Shown here: piece by piece, positions 41,020 through 53,500 of the stretch
Position numbering within the stretch: the stretch's first letter is position 1
How the letters are laid out: each line of letters starts with the position of its first letter
Assembly: GCF_009914755.1 (NCBI RefSeq)
Contig: NC_060930.1
Source of the DNA: the human T2T-CHM13v2.0 reference genome, Homo sapiens
Length of the DNA: 64,000 bases
Reading direction: 5' to 3' (one strand)
The notes under the pieces: generated by a model
Told to the model about the DNA's origin: nothing
What the model saw: only the letters and a program-made list of their open reading frames with translations
Databases searched by the model: none
Program-made: the position numbers and the translations under genes

Positions 41020-41140
41020 CTAAAAATATAATGCAGGCTCAGGACCTACACAAGACCAACTGAATAAAAATCTCTGGGTGAGCATTTTTAATAAGTGTCT
41101 CTGCTGAGTCTTCTGCACCTTAAAATTGAAAAATACTACA
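41020..41140. mobile_element. MER5A-like hAT fragment
   Basis: AGACCAACTGAATAAAAATCTCTGGG…CATTTTTAATAAG…AAATTGAAAAATACT. Confidence 0.5.
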
Positions 41141-41254
41141 TTAAAAAAGTAAGGGGAAACCATTTACAGTTTTATTCCTCATTTAACAATGTGTCACACA
41201 TATTTTATAAAACTCTACAGTATTTACATTTATCACTTTATTTTATTTGCCTCT

Positions 41255-44200
41255 TCTTTTTTCCATAAGTTATTGGGGTACAGGTGGTATTTGGTTACAT
41301 GAGTAAGTTCTTTAGTGGTTATTTGTGAGATTTTGGTGCACCCATCACCTGAGCAGTATACACTGCACCACATTTGTAGTCTTTTATCCCTTGTCCCCCT
41401 CCCTCTCTTCCCCCCAAGTCCCCAAAGTCTATTGTATCATTCTTATGCCTTTGCATTCTCATAGCTTAGCAACTGTGTTCATCAGGGATATTGGTCGGTA
41501 GTTTTCTTTTTTTGTTATGTCTTCCCTGGTTCTGGTATTAGGGTGACACTGGCTTCAAAGAATTATTTAGGGAGGATTCCTCCTTTCACTCTCCCGTGGA
41601 ATAGTGTCAATAAAATTGGTACCAATTCTTTGAATGTCTGATAGAATTCAGTTGTGAATGAATCTGGTCCTGGCCTTCTATTTTTGGCAATTTTATTATT
41701 ACCTTTTCGATCTTGTGACTTTTATTATTGGTCTCTTCAGAGTTTCTATATTTTCTTGGTTTCATCTAGGAGGCTGTTATATTTCCAGAAATTTATCCAT
41801 CTCCTCTCAGTTTTCTAGTTTATGCATGTAAAGGTGTTCATAGTAGCCTTGAACAATCTTTTGTATTTCTGCAGTATTAGTAGTAATATCTCCCATTTCA
41901 TTTCTAATTGACCTTATTTGGATCTTCTTTCTTCTTTTCTTTGTTAGTGTCACTAATGGCCTACGAATTTTATTTATCTTTTCAAAGAACCAGCACTATG
42001 TTTCATTTATCTGTTGTAATTTTCATTGTTGTTGCTGTTGTTGTTGTTTCAATTTCATTTAGGTCTGCTCCGATTTTTGTTATTTCTTTTCTTCAGGAGG
42101 CTTGGGCTTGGATTGTTCTTCTTTCTCCAGTTCCATGAAGTGTGACCTTAATTGTCTTCTTGTGCTCTTGCAGACTTTTTGATGTAGGCATTTAATGCTA
42201 TGAACTTTTGTCTTACCACCACTTTTGTTGTATCCCTGAGGTTTTGATAGATTTTGTCACTATTATCATTCAGTTCAAAGAACTTTTTAATTTCCATCTT
42301 GATTTCACTGTGGACACAATGATCATTCAGGAATAGGTTATTTAATTTTCATGTATTTGCAAGGTTTGAGGGTTCCTTTTCAAGTTGATTTCCAATTTTA
42401 TTCCACTGTGGTCAGAGAGAGTACTTGATATAATTTTGATTTTCTTAAATTTACTGAGACTTCTTTTGTGGCCTATCATATGGTCTATCTTGAAGAATGT
42501 TCCATGTGCCGATGAATAGAATGTATATTCTGCAGTTGTTGGGTAGAATGTTCTGTAAATATCTGTTAATCCATTTGTTCTAGGGTATAGTTTAAGGTCC
42601 ATTGTTTCCTCATTGACTTTCTGTCTTGATGAGCGTCTAGTGCTGTCAGTGGAGCATTAAAGTTGCCCACTATTATTGAGTTGCCATCTATCTCATTTCT
42701 TAGGCCTAGTAGTAATTGTTTTATAAATTTGGGTGCTCCAGTGTTAGGTGCATATATATGTAGAACTGTGATATTTTCCTGTTGAACTAGTCATTTTATC
42801 ACTATATAATGTCCTTCTTTGTCTTGTTTAATTGCTGTTGCTTTAAAGTTCATTTTGTCTGATATAAGAATAGCTCCTCTGGCTCACTTTTGGTGCCCAT
42901 TTGCATGGGATATCTTTTTCCATCCCCTTACCTTAAGTTTATGTGAGTCCTATGTGTTAGGTGAGTCTCCTGAGACAGCAGAAAGTTGATTGGTGAATTC
43001 TCATTCAACATTAGCATTGAGATATGAGGTAATATTCTATTCATCATGCTATTTGTTGCTTGAATACCTTGTTTATTCTGTTGTGTTATTGTTTTATAGG
43101 TCCTGTGAGATTTATTCATTAAGAAGGTTCTATTTTTGTGTATTTTGAGAATTTATTTCAAAATCTAGAGCTCCTCTTAGCAGTTCTTATAGTGCTGGCT
43201 TGGTAGTGGCGAATTCTCTCAGCATTTGTTTGTCTGGAAAAGACTGCATCTTTTCTTCATTTGTGAGTCTTCGTTTCACTGGAAACAAAATCCTTAGCTG
43301 ATAATTGTTTTGCTTGAGGGGGCTAAAAATAGGGCCCCAATCCCTTCCAGCTGGTAGGGTTTCTGCTGAGAAATCTGCAGTTAATCTGATAGGTTTTTCT
43401 TTATAGGTTTCCTGATGCTTTTGCCTCACAGCTCTTAAGATTATTTCCTTTGTCTTGACTTTAGATAACCTAATGACTATGTGCCTAGGTGATGATCTTA
43501 TGATGAATTTCCCAGGTGTTCTTTGAGCTTCTTGTATTCGGATGTCTAGATTTCTAGCAAGAATGGGGAAGTTTTCCTTGATTATTCTCTTATATATGTT
43601 ATCCAAACTTTCAGATTTATCTTCTTGCTTGGGAGCACCAATTATTCTTAGGTTAGGATGTTTCACATAGTTCCAAATTTCTTGGAAGCTTTGTTCATTT
43701 TTTTTATTATTTTTTATTTTGTTTGAGGGATTGGGTTAATTCAAAAGCCTTGTCTTTGAGTTCTGAAGTTCTTTCTTCTGCTTGTTTGATTCTTTTGCTG
43801 AGAATTTCCAGTGCATTTTGCATTTCTCCGTGTCCTTGATTTCCAGACATTGTGATTTTTTTATTTATGCTCTCTATTTCACTGAATAATTTTCCTTTTA
43901 TATCCTATATCATGTTTTTTATTTATTTAAGTTGAACTTCCCTTTCTCTTGTGCCTCCTTGATTAGCATAATAATCAACCTTCTGAAATCCTTTTCTGTC
44001 AATTCAGTGATTTTGTCTTGGCTTAGATCCATTGCTGGTGTGATCTTTTGGGGGTGTTAAATAACCTTGTTTTGTCATATTACCAGAATTGCTTTTCTGG
44101 TTTCTTCTCATTTGGGTAGACTAGGTCACAAGGAAGAGCTGGGACTCAAGGGCTGCTGTTCAAATTCTTTTGTCCCATGGGGTGCTCCCTTGATGTGTTC

Positions 44201-44762
44201 TCCCTCTTCCCCTAAGGATGGAGCTTCCTGAGGGCCAAACTACAGTGATTGTTTTTGCTCCTCTAGCCACCCAGCAGAGCTACCGGCCTCCAGGCTGGTA
44301 CTGGAAATTATCTTCAAAGAGTCCCGTGATGTGATCTGTCTTCAAATCTTGCAGCCATGGATACCAGCACCTGTTCCAGTGGAGGCAGCTGGGTAGTAAA
44401 GTGGAATCCGTGAGGGTCCTTGGTTGTATTTTTTTGTTTAGTATGCTGGTTTTGTGTTGGTTGGTCACTAGCCAGGAGGTGGTGCTTTCAAGAGCCCATC
44501 AGGTGTGGTACTATAAGGAGGATGCAAACTTGCCCTAGGGTCAACTGGTTAAGTATTCAGATTTCTCAGGTGGTGGGAAGAGCCACGGACCTCCCAAGAA
44601 ATGATGTCCTTTGTCTTCAGCAAACAAGGTGGGTGGAGAAAGAATACCAGGTGGAAGCAGAGATAGGCATGTCTGAGCCCAGACTTTCCTTGGGCAGGGC
44701 TTGCTGCAGCTGCTGTGGGGGCTGGGGGTATAATTCCCAAGCTAATGGAGTTATATTCCCAT
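41255..44762 (-). mobile_element. L1PB1-type LINE with a large internal ORF2 deletion; ORF1 and part of the 5' UTR present
   Basis: 3' end CCATAAGTTATTGGGGTACAGGTGGTATTTGGTTACATGAG; endonuclease remnant DIYRTFYPTTAEYTF…SDHSGIKL; ORF1 remnant at 43187-43666. Confidence 0.9.
43187..43666 (-). pseudogene. L1 ORF1p remnant (RRM/CTD)
   Basis: PNLRIIG…IIKENFP…IQEAQRTP…SPRHIVIRLSK…PIRLTADFSAETL…LREFATTKPAL. Confidence 0.9.
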
Positions 44763-46017
44763 GGGTATTACATTTTCAATAAAGTTCATTTATCTTACAT
44801 AAGGCCAAAGTTATATATTTATAAAATTAGTTCTTACCAAAAAAAATCAACCCAGTAGGGTATGACGATTCATAATTTTTCAAAGTAGCAACTATTAAAG
44901 CTAATGGTTTGTGAGAGAAAAACTGCAGAAACACTTGTTTAGAAGGTCAACTATTCTTAAGACACAACTGTTTTTACATTCAGAAAACTAAGGTATTAAT
45001 TCCTATTATCTACATTTTTTAATATAATTTTAAAATAATCACTTCAAATTAGCCGTATCTAAGCAACCATCTCTTTCTTCTTCTCATAACCCTAAATATT
45101 ACCAAATAAAACTACAGTTTTCATTAATAGTGGCATTAAAGTATGATATTAATGGTGTGATAAACATAACCATGATTGTTTCCAATTTCTTCATGGCCAT
45201 TTGGGCATGCCCAGTTTTACACCTTTAATAAAGCACACAATACATGTGCATTTCAATTAAAGAATTTAATATCTATTCCAACTTTATGTCTTGAGACAAA
45301 AAATAACAAAATAAAATTATGGAAAATATGAGGTAGTTTGTTTTTAAATGATCAATTTTTTTTCACAGATTATGTCAATAGGAGAGTAAATTCATTATAT
45401 TGGCTTAAATCATTATTTTTTCAGTGAAATCAGCCAAATTGAGTTGTTTTGATATGGCCATGAAATAAATTTTTCACACTAAAGTTTAAAAAGCACTGCA
45501 TTAATTTTCTCTAATTTAAAGGGAAATAAACAATAACACATAAAACAAGCTTAGTTTATATAAAATATATAAATACATGCTGTATTTTTTTGCTAGAGCT
45601 GCCACAACAAACTGTCACAAACTGGTTGGCCTCAACAACAGAGATATATTGTGTCACAGTTGTGGAGGATAGAAGTTCAAGATTAAAATATGTCAGCAGG
45701 GTTGGTTCCCTCTGAGTACTGTGAGGGAAAATCTGTTCTGTGTCTCTCTCCTAACTTATGATAGTTTTCTGATCGTTTCTGGCATTCCATAGCTTAAAGA
45801 TTTATTACTCTGTTCTCTGCTTTTATTTCACATGTTGGTTTCCTTCTGTTTATATTTATGAGTACAAATTTCCTAGGGAAACCAGTTGTTTTAAATGAGA
45901 CCCCACTCTAATGACTTCATTTTAACTTGATAACCTCATTTAACTTGATTGCCTCTGTAAAGGCCCTATTTTCAAATAAGGTGCCTTAGTCAGGGTTCTC
46001 TAGAGGGACAGAACTAA

Positions 46018-46211
46018 TATATGTATTATATGTGTGTTTGTGTATGTATATAATATACTATTGTACTAATAGTATATATATATATATACTTTATATATAG
46101 ACAGAGTATATGTATAATGTGTGTGTGTGTATATATATGTATATATACACACACATATATGTGTGTATATATATGTATATATACACACACATATATGTGT
46201 GTATATATATG
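46018..46211. repeat. (TA)/(TG)/(CA) compound microsatellite with a 36-bp higher-order unit in the HERV-L 3' LTR
   Basis: GTGTGTATATATATGTATATATACACACACATATAT repeated about 2.5 times. Confidence 0.9.
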
Positions 46212-47122
46212 GGGGAGTTTATTAAATATTAACACACATGTTCACAAGGTCCCACAATAGGCAGTCTGCAAGCTGAGAAACAAGTAGAGCCAATCCGAGT
46301 CCTAGAACTGAAGAACTTAAAGTCTGATGTTCGAAGGCAGGAAGCATCCAGCATGGGACAAAGATGTAGGCTGGAAGGCTAGGCCAGTCTAGACCTTTCA
46401 CTTTTTTCTTCCTGCTTTTTATATTCTAACCACATTGTCAGCTGATTAGATGGTGCCCACCCAGATTAAGGGTGGGTCTTCCTTTCCCACCTCACTGACT
46501 CAAATGTTAATCTCCTTTGGCAACACCCTCACAGACACACCCAGGAGCAATACTTTGTACCCTTCAATCTAACAAGTTGACACTCAGTATTAACCATCAC
46601 AAGTCCACCCCTTGTCAACTTGAACCCATACACATCTCCTGAGATCATACATAGTCTTCAAATAAAGACAATAATAAGGTTATAATTATGCCTAACATAA
46701 TGCAGCTATCCTTGGTACAACCAGAAATGCATCAATCCCCAACCGAAATACTATTATATAAAGTTAACAACACTTAAGTATTGATATGAAGTCAATAAAT
46801 CTTATGTCATATGATAAAGAAAAAAATAAAATGAAGATATTTTCTTAGTACAAGTGTATGTATTCACAAACACGTTTTTAACAAAAGAAGGAGGAAATAC
46901 TCATGACAATTACAGTCCTCATTTTTGCAGCTGGTCACGTGGTCATAGCTGGTATTGATGACTACCTTATTCTACTACCCATTCTGTATTGTCTTTGCCT
47001 TCAGCAAGCACCTCAGCAGGTCATGTTTTTTACTTGGTGGAGTGAACCAAACCTTCATTCCTGAAGAGTCTGGGCCATTTGTAATCCTGCCTGGATTGGG
47101 CTATTGTAGTTTCCCTTTGACC

Positions 47123-47569
47123 TTAATCACAAAGTATGATTAATACTAAGAAACACTCTAATGGGTCTTCTGTATTCCATGTGTACTCTTCCTTACTTCC
47201 ACTGTGGAGTAGTAGACTGATTTCATCATGATAGTTCGGGTCAATCACCCCAGCCAACACTGTAACTCCCTTCTTAGCCTGTTGACTTAAAGGTAGGAGG
47301 AGCCCAAAGTGTCCAGATGGCAACCTTAACTTCCAGTTTAATTGAATCATTGTATCTCCTGGTGGCAGCATTCCTTCCTCTGGAACTAAGACTTCTAGGT
47401 GAGCAGAATGTAATGTCATGGAAACAGGGAGCAAAAATTTTGCTAGTGGTTCACTAGGGGTTATAGTGTGTGGTTCCACTTCCATCTCCACCTCTTGATT
47501 CCTGGACCCATGAATCCTAACTATGGGAGAAAGAGTACCATATATTGGACACTGATACAGAACATACAA
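47123..47569 (-). pseudogene. HERV-L integrase end plus dUTPase remnant
   Basis: LPPGDTMIQLNWKLRLPSGHFGLLLPLS…VLAGVIDPNY (dUTPase motif 3, GVIDxDY). Confidence 0.85.
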
Positions 47570-47599
47570 GGCCTTCTGGAGAACTTTGCCTCAGCCCTG

Positions 47600-50450
47600 C
47601 AAAGTATTGTCACCTAGTTGGTGTGTAATTGTGACTTCAAAGAGCATTACACTGTTCTATCAATTCAGCTACTTCAGGATGATGGAGAACACGGTAAGAC
47701 CAGTGAGTTCCATAAGCATGAGCCCACTGCCACACATCTTTAGCTTTAAAGTAAGTGCCTTGGTCAAAGGCAATGTTGTGTGAAATAGCATGATGGTGGA
47801 TAAGGCATTCCGTGAGTCCATAGATGGTAGTCTTGGAAGAAGCATTGTGTGCAGGTTAGGCAAACCCATATTCAGAGTAAGTGTCTATTCTAGTGAGGAC
47901 AAACCTTTGCCCTTTCCATGATGGAAGAGTTCCAATATAATCAACCTGCCATCAGGTCGCTGGCTGATCACCACGAGGAATAGTGTCATATCGAGGGCTC
48001 AGTGTTGGTCTCAGCTGCTGGCAAATTGGGCACTCAGCAGTGGCCATAGCCAGGTCAGCCTTGGTGAGTGGAAGTCCACGTTGCTGAGCCCATGCATAAC
48101 CTCCATCCCTGCCACCATGGCCACTTTGTTCATGGGCCCATTGGGCAATGACAGGGATAGCTGGGGAAAGAGGCTGAGTGGTATCAACAGAACAGGTCAT
48201 CCTATCCACATGATAATTAAAATCCTCCTCTGCTGAGGTCACCTGTTGCTGAGCACTCACATGGGATACAAATGTCTTCACAGTGTTTGAACACTCAGAG
48301 AGGTCCATCCCCATACCATTTCCCCAAATTTCTTTGTCACCAATTTTCCAATCATGGGTTCTTCTAAGTCCCTGGCCATCCAGCCAAACCATTGGCTACA
48401 GCCCATGAATCAGTATATAATCACACATCTGGACATTTCTCCTTCCTTACAAAGTGCACAACTAGGTGCACTGCTCAAAGTTCTGCCCATTGGGAAGATT
48501 TTCCTTCACTGCTCTCCTTCAGGAATGTCCTAGAAAGGGGTTGTAGTGCCTAAGCTCTCCACCTTTGGGTGGTGCCTGCATATTGTACAGAACCACCTGT
48601 GAACCAGGCCCTAGTCTTCTCTTCCTCTGTCAATTGATCATAGGGAATTCCCCATGAGGCCATCAGTGCAGGCTGGGTGAGAGAAGGCAGGGTGGCAGTA
48701 GTGGAGACCATGGGCATTTGAGCCACTTTCTCATGTAACTTACTTGTGTCTTCAGGATCTGCTCGAGCCCAGTCACATATATACCACTTCCATTTAATGA
48801 TGGAATGCTGCTGTGCATGACCCACTTTATGACTAGATGGATCAGAAAGCACCCAGTTCATGATAGGCAGTTCTGGTCACAAGGTGACTTAATGACCCAT
48901 AGTCAAATGTTCAGTCTCCACCAAAGCCCAGTAACAGGCCAAAAGCTGTCTCTCAAAAAGATGGTAGTTATCTGCAGAAGATGACAGGGCCTTGATCCAA
49001 ATTCCTATGGGCCTCCACTTTGGTTTTCCTAGGGGGGCTTGCCAAAGGCCCCAAACAGCATCCCTATCTGTCACTGACACCTCAAGCACCATTGGATCTG
49101 CTGGGGCATATGGCCCAACTGTCAGAACAGCTTGTACAGCAGCCTGGACCTGTTGCAGAGCCTTCTCCTGTTCTGGGCAACACTCAAAACTGGCAGCATT
49201 ACAGGTCACTCGATAAATGGGCTGGAGTAACACACCCAAATGAGGAATGTGTTGCCTCCAAAATCCAAATAGATCCACTAGGCATTGTGCTTCTTTCTTG
49301 CTTGTAGAAAGGGCCAAATGCAGCCACTTATCCTTCACTTTACAAGGAATATCTCAACAGGCCCTACCCCACTGGACCCCTAGAAATTTTACTAAGGTAG
49401 AAAGTCCCTGAATTTTAGACAGATTTATTTCCCATCTTTGTCATGCAAATGTCTCACCAATAAGTCCAGTGTGTTTGCTACTCCTTACTCACTGGATCCA
49501 ATCAGCATAACGTAATCAATGTAATGGACCAGTGTGATATCTTACAGAAATGAAAAGTAATCAAGATCTCCCCGAATAAGATTATGACACAAAGCCAGAA
49601 AGTTGATATACCCCTGAGGTAGGACAATAAAGGTATATTGCTGGCCTTACCAGCTGAAGGCAAATTGCTTCTGGTGGGCCTTATGGACAGGAACGGAGAA
49701 AAAGGCATTTGCTAAGTCAATGGCTGCATACCAGGTACTAGGGGATGTGTTAATTTGCTCAAGCAATAAAACCACATCTGGGACAGCAACTGCAATTGGA
49801 GTCACCACTCGGTTAAGCTGACAATAATCCACTGTTATTCTTCGAGATCTATCTGTCTTTTGCACAGAGCAAATGGGAGAGTTGAATGGGGATGTAGTGA
49901 GAATCACCACCCCTGCATCTTTTAAGTCCTTGATGGTGGCAGTAATCGCTCCAATCCCTCCAGGGATGTGATATTGTTTTTGATTTACTATTTTTCTAGA
50001 TAGAAGCAGCTCTAATGGCTTTCATTTGGCCTTTCCCACCATAATAGCCCTTACCCTAACAGTCAGGGAGCCAATGTAAGGGTTCTGCCAGCTGCTAAGT
50101 ATGTCTATGCCAATTATGCATTCTGGCACTGGGGAAATGACTACAGGATGAGTCTGAGGACCCACAGGACCCATTATAAGTCTAATGAGCTAAAACTCCA
50201 TTAATTACCTGACCTCCATAAGCCCTTCCTTTAATTGGAGGACAACAATGATGTTTTGGGTCCCTTGGAATCAACATCAGCTCAGAACCAATGTCCAGTA
50301 GTCCCCAAAATGTCTGATTATTTCCCTTTTCCCAATGCACAGTTACCCTTGTAAAAGGCTGGAGGTCTCCTTGGGGTGCCGGGCGGAGGGAAATGGGAGA
50401 AAGATTAACAGCATAAACTGTCAGTAGTGTAGTGGAGTCCTTCCTCAAGG
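47600..50450 (-). pseudogene. HERV-L protease/RT/RNase H/integrase remnants
   Basis: Protease GLLDIGSE; RT SPFNSPI…VDY…LN and [11 protein letters not shown] with YIDD mutated to YIDY (about 49512-49523); RNase H FERQLLACYWALVE; integrase zinc finger HEQSGHGG…CPICQQ; multiple frameshifts. Confidence 0.9.
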
Positions 50451-50499
50451 AGACACGGTCTCCTCTTCATTCAAGGGGTTCTGGGCCTACAAACTGGCT

Positions 50500-52140
50500 C
50501 AAGTCTGGAAATTAATTGAAGAGCCATGATTCTCTGTTTTTATAATTCAAATTCGTTTTTGCCCATTCAACCTAGCAGTTTTCTGCTTATATAAATTAAG
50601 CAGGAATGCAGTAGGCTTTCTATCAATTTTGCTTCTAGGAACACCATATTAATTGGCCAATGGCAGAGCTCTACACAAGTCAGACTATTCTGATAGCTGC
50701 TTTAACTTTTCTGTCCATTAGAGTAGCTATGCCAACCTTGCCTTTGATAGTTGAGTGCCTCCACTTGGCCCCTGCCACCTCAGGATCCAATATTTCCCAT
50801 TCTATTTAAATTTTGTTGTTGAGTGACTGTATTAGATCTGACACACAGAGGACAGAAATTACAAGGCACTTCAAAGATGCAGGTTCTGCCCTCACAAATC
50901 TATTTTGCAAGTCATTGGTCAAGGGTATATCATCTGGAACCTCCTAGCTGGGATGAGTAGGTCTAAAGTGACTAATCCACTTCACCATCCGAATCTCTCT
51001 AAGTCTTTGGATCCCTTCCTCTACATTAAACCAAGGGAGACCAGCTCACTCACAGTTGGCCATCTTTTCATCCATATTTCAGTTAACCAAACAAATAAAC
51101 TATTAGAACCTTTTTAACTCCCTGAGCTGCAACATTAAAAGCAGAGTCCCTATTTAATGGGCCCAAATCAATAAATTCACCCTATCCAACTCTGTGTTTC
51201 TTCCATCATTATCCCACGCCCTGTATATCCATTCCCATGCCTGTTCTTCAGATTTCTGTTTATATAAATTTAAAAACTCAAGCAGGTCTTTTCGAGTGTA
51301 GCACACCCTCCTCATGGGTCACACTGTCCACCTGGGACTTCAGTCTATTTATAGGTCTAGAAGAAAACAGGAACGTTGGGGGTGGCTCCTGGGGAGAATC
51401 AACATTATCTTGCCTGACAACTCTCTTGGGGAGGCCACCACTGTTGCCTCAGGCAGCGCAGGGTTCACCTCCTTAGACAAAGGTGGGAAGGCTGATGGCA
51501 GCATGGGTCAGGGAGGGATGTTGCCACTACTGGGGACGGGGAAGCTTTTTCTTCTGGCAAAAGTTTCATCAGAGTTTACAAACTCAGTGTCTCCAGCTTC
51601 ATCAGGGTCCTCCCACACATCCCCATTCCAAGTTTTAGGGTCCCGTTCTTTTCCAATCAATGTCCTCATTTTAACAGTAGGTACCTAGTGAGGCTGTGCA
51701 TTCACCTTTTATTACAGGTCAGCCACTCTCATAAGAAGAGCTTGTGTCTGTTTTTTCACAATTTCAGCTCTTTCTCTACAGGAGATAAGACTCTCACTCA
51801 GGGCAATCTTAGTAGATTTGAGGCTCAGTATCTGCCTCTGAATCCAGTTAGAATCCCTGAGTTCATCATTTTCTTTTATCACTTTGTCCAGTGAACTTAG
51901 GATCAACCAACCAGCTTCGTTATGTTCCTTGGTTCTCCACATGTCGTCAAAGGTATTATGTATAGAGTCACTAAACTCGCCTCTCACAAGCAGTGGATCA
52001 GCAGTGTCAAATGCATTTATTTTGCATAATTCTGTAAACAGTTCACACCAAGAACTATCAATGTTCTCCATACTATTAGAAGTAGAGTCCTTAGAATTTG
52101 GGGTCTAATTATATTAAGCAGCCAACTCCAGAAACCCCAA
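50500..52140 (-). pseudogene. HERV-L gag remnant
   Basis: ORF 51712-52071 MENIDSSWCELFTELCKINAFD…AGWLILSSLDKV at the gag position just downstream of the PBS. Confidence 0.75.
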
Positions 52141-52874
52141 AACCAATGAAAGAACTCCATCCTTAATATTCTGTTCTTCTAGAACCACACCTGGTACCAA
52201 AATCTGTATAGTCAGAGTTCTCTAGAGGGACAGAACTAATGGAATATATATATATACATATATATATACATATGTGTGTATATGTATATAAAAGGAAGTT
52301 TATTAAGTATTAACACAAGATCACAATGTCCCACAATAGGCCATCTGCGAGCTGAGGAGCAAGGAGAGCCGGTCCAAGTCCCAAAACTGAAGAATTTGGA
52401 GTCTGATGTTTGAGGACAAGAAGCGTCCAGCATGGGAGAAAGATGTAGGCTGGGAAGCTAAGCCAGTCTAGTCTTTTCACATTTTTTTCTGCCTGCTTTT
52501 TATATTCTAGCCATGCTGGAAGCTGATTTGATTGTGTCCACCCAGATTAAATGTGGTTCTGCCTTTCCCAGCTCACTACTTCAAATGTTAATCTCCTTTG
52601 GCAACACCATCACAGACACACCGAGGATCCATTCTTTGCATCCTTCAATCTAATCAAATTGACAGTCAGTATTAGCTATCACATAAAGTGACATTCTGAA
52701 GTACTGAGGGTTAGAACATTAACATATCCCTTTTAGAGGAACACAATTCAACTGATAGCATATGCATATACTTATAAAATATTAAATATAGGCACACTAT
52801 AAAAATTAGTCCCATAGAGTATATGATTTCCTCATGGACATATCTCCTGAGTTCTTTAATCTACTAAAAATAAA

Positions 52875-53045
52875 TACTGGAGAAAGAATAGCCACTGAGG
52901 AATCTGAACTCAGCTTCTCTACTCTCACTTACTCTATGATAGGGAAAAATTATAACTTCCCTGAACCTGTTTCCTTATTTTTAAAAATGAAGAGATTGGC
53001 ATAGATAATTTCCAAGATGTTATAAATACATATACTTCTAGGTTA
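52875..53045 (+). mobile_element. MIR
   Basis: ATCTGAACTCAGC…CACTTACTCTATGA…AACCTGTTTCCTTATTTTTAAAAATGAAG. Confidence 0.6.
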
Positions 53046-53396
53046 TTTTTTCAATTTAAAAACTAATATACGGATGTGGTTTTCTATAATAAGTCAAACA
53101 TCATAAAAGGCTTTATTATGAAATACAAGATTTTTCCCCATTCAAAATTCTTGAGAAGAGGCAAAGAAAGACGGTAGAATAGAAGGCTCCACCAATTATT
53201 CCCTTGGCAAGGACACCAACTTAACAACTATCTACATAGGATAAAAACACCTTTGAAAGAATCAAAAATCAGGTGAGCCCCATAGTACCTTGTTTTACCT
53301 TTGCATCACTGAAAGAGGCACTGAAGAAATAGGAAAAAAAAAAGTCTGGAATCACCAATGCCATCCAACCACCACTCCCCCACTCACCCCAGCCAC

Positions 53397-53500
53397 AGTG
53401 GTGTGATGTGAAGTGGTGTGATGTGAAGCGGTGTGATGAAGTGGTGTGATGTGATGTGAAGAGTGTCTGTGCAGAGTGATGTGAAGACTGTGATGTGAAG
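53397..53500. repeat. Minisatellite (AGTGGTGTGATGTGA)n in the L1 5' UTR
   Basis: Two perfect 15-bp units, then variant units, all ending in GATGTGA or GATGA. Confidence 0.9.

Larger units (their letters stand above)
45982..52683 (-). mobile_element. Full-length HERV-L provirus with two MLT2A1 LTRs
   Basis: 3' LTR 45982-46601, 5' LTR 52205-52683, about 5.6 kb internal; TSD TAAGG/TAAAG; Leu-type PBS TGGTACCAGGTGTGG (52182-52199); PPT GACAAGGGGTGGACT (46602-46616). Confidence 0.95.
45581..52760 (-). mobile_element. MLT1C-type LTR split by HERV-L (45581-45981 and 52684-52760)
   Basis: AGCTGCCACAACAAA…CACAAACTGG…TCACAGTT…CCTATTTTCAAATAAGG resumes as T(G)ACATTCTGAAGTACTGAGGGTTAG…ACACAATTCAAC. Confidence 0.85.

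Noticed and set aside
46026-46235. Repetitive ORF (HIYTHIYVCVY)
   Set aside because: Translation of the dinucleotide microsatellite.
53397-53500. CRISPR-like repeat-spacer array
   Set aside because: Eukaryotic context, 15-bp abutting units, no unique constant-length spacers and no cas genes.
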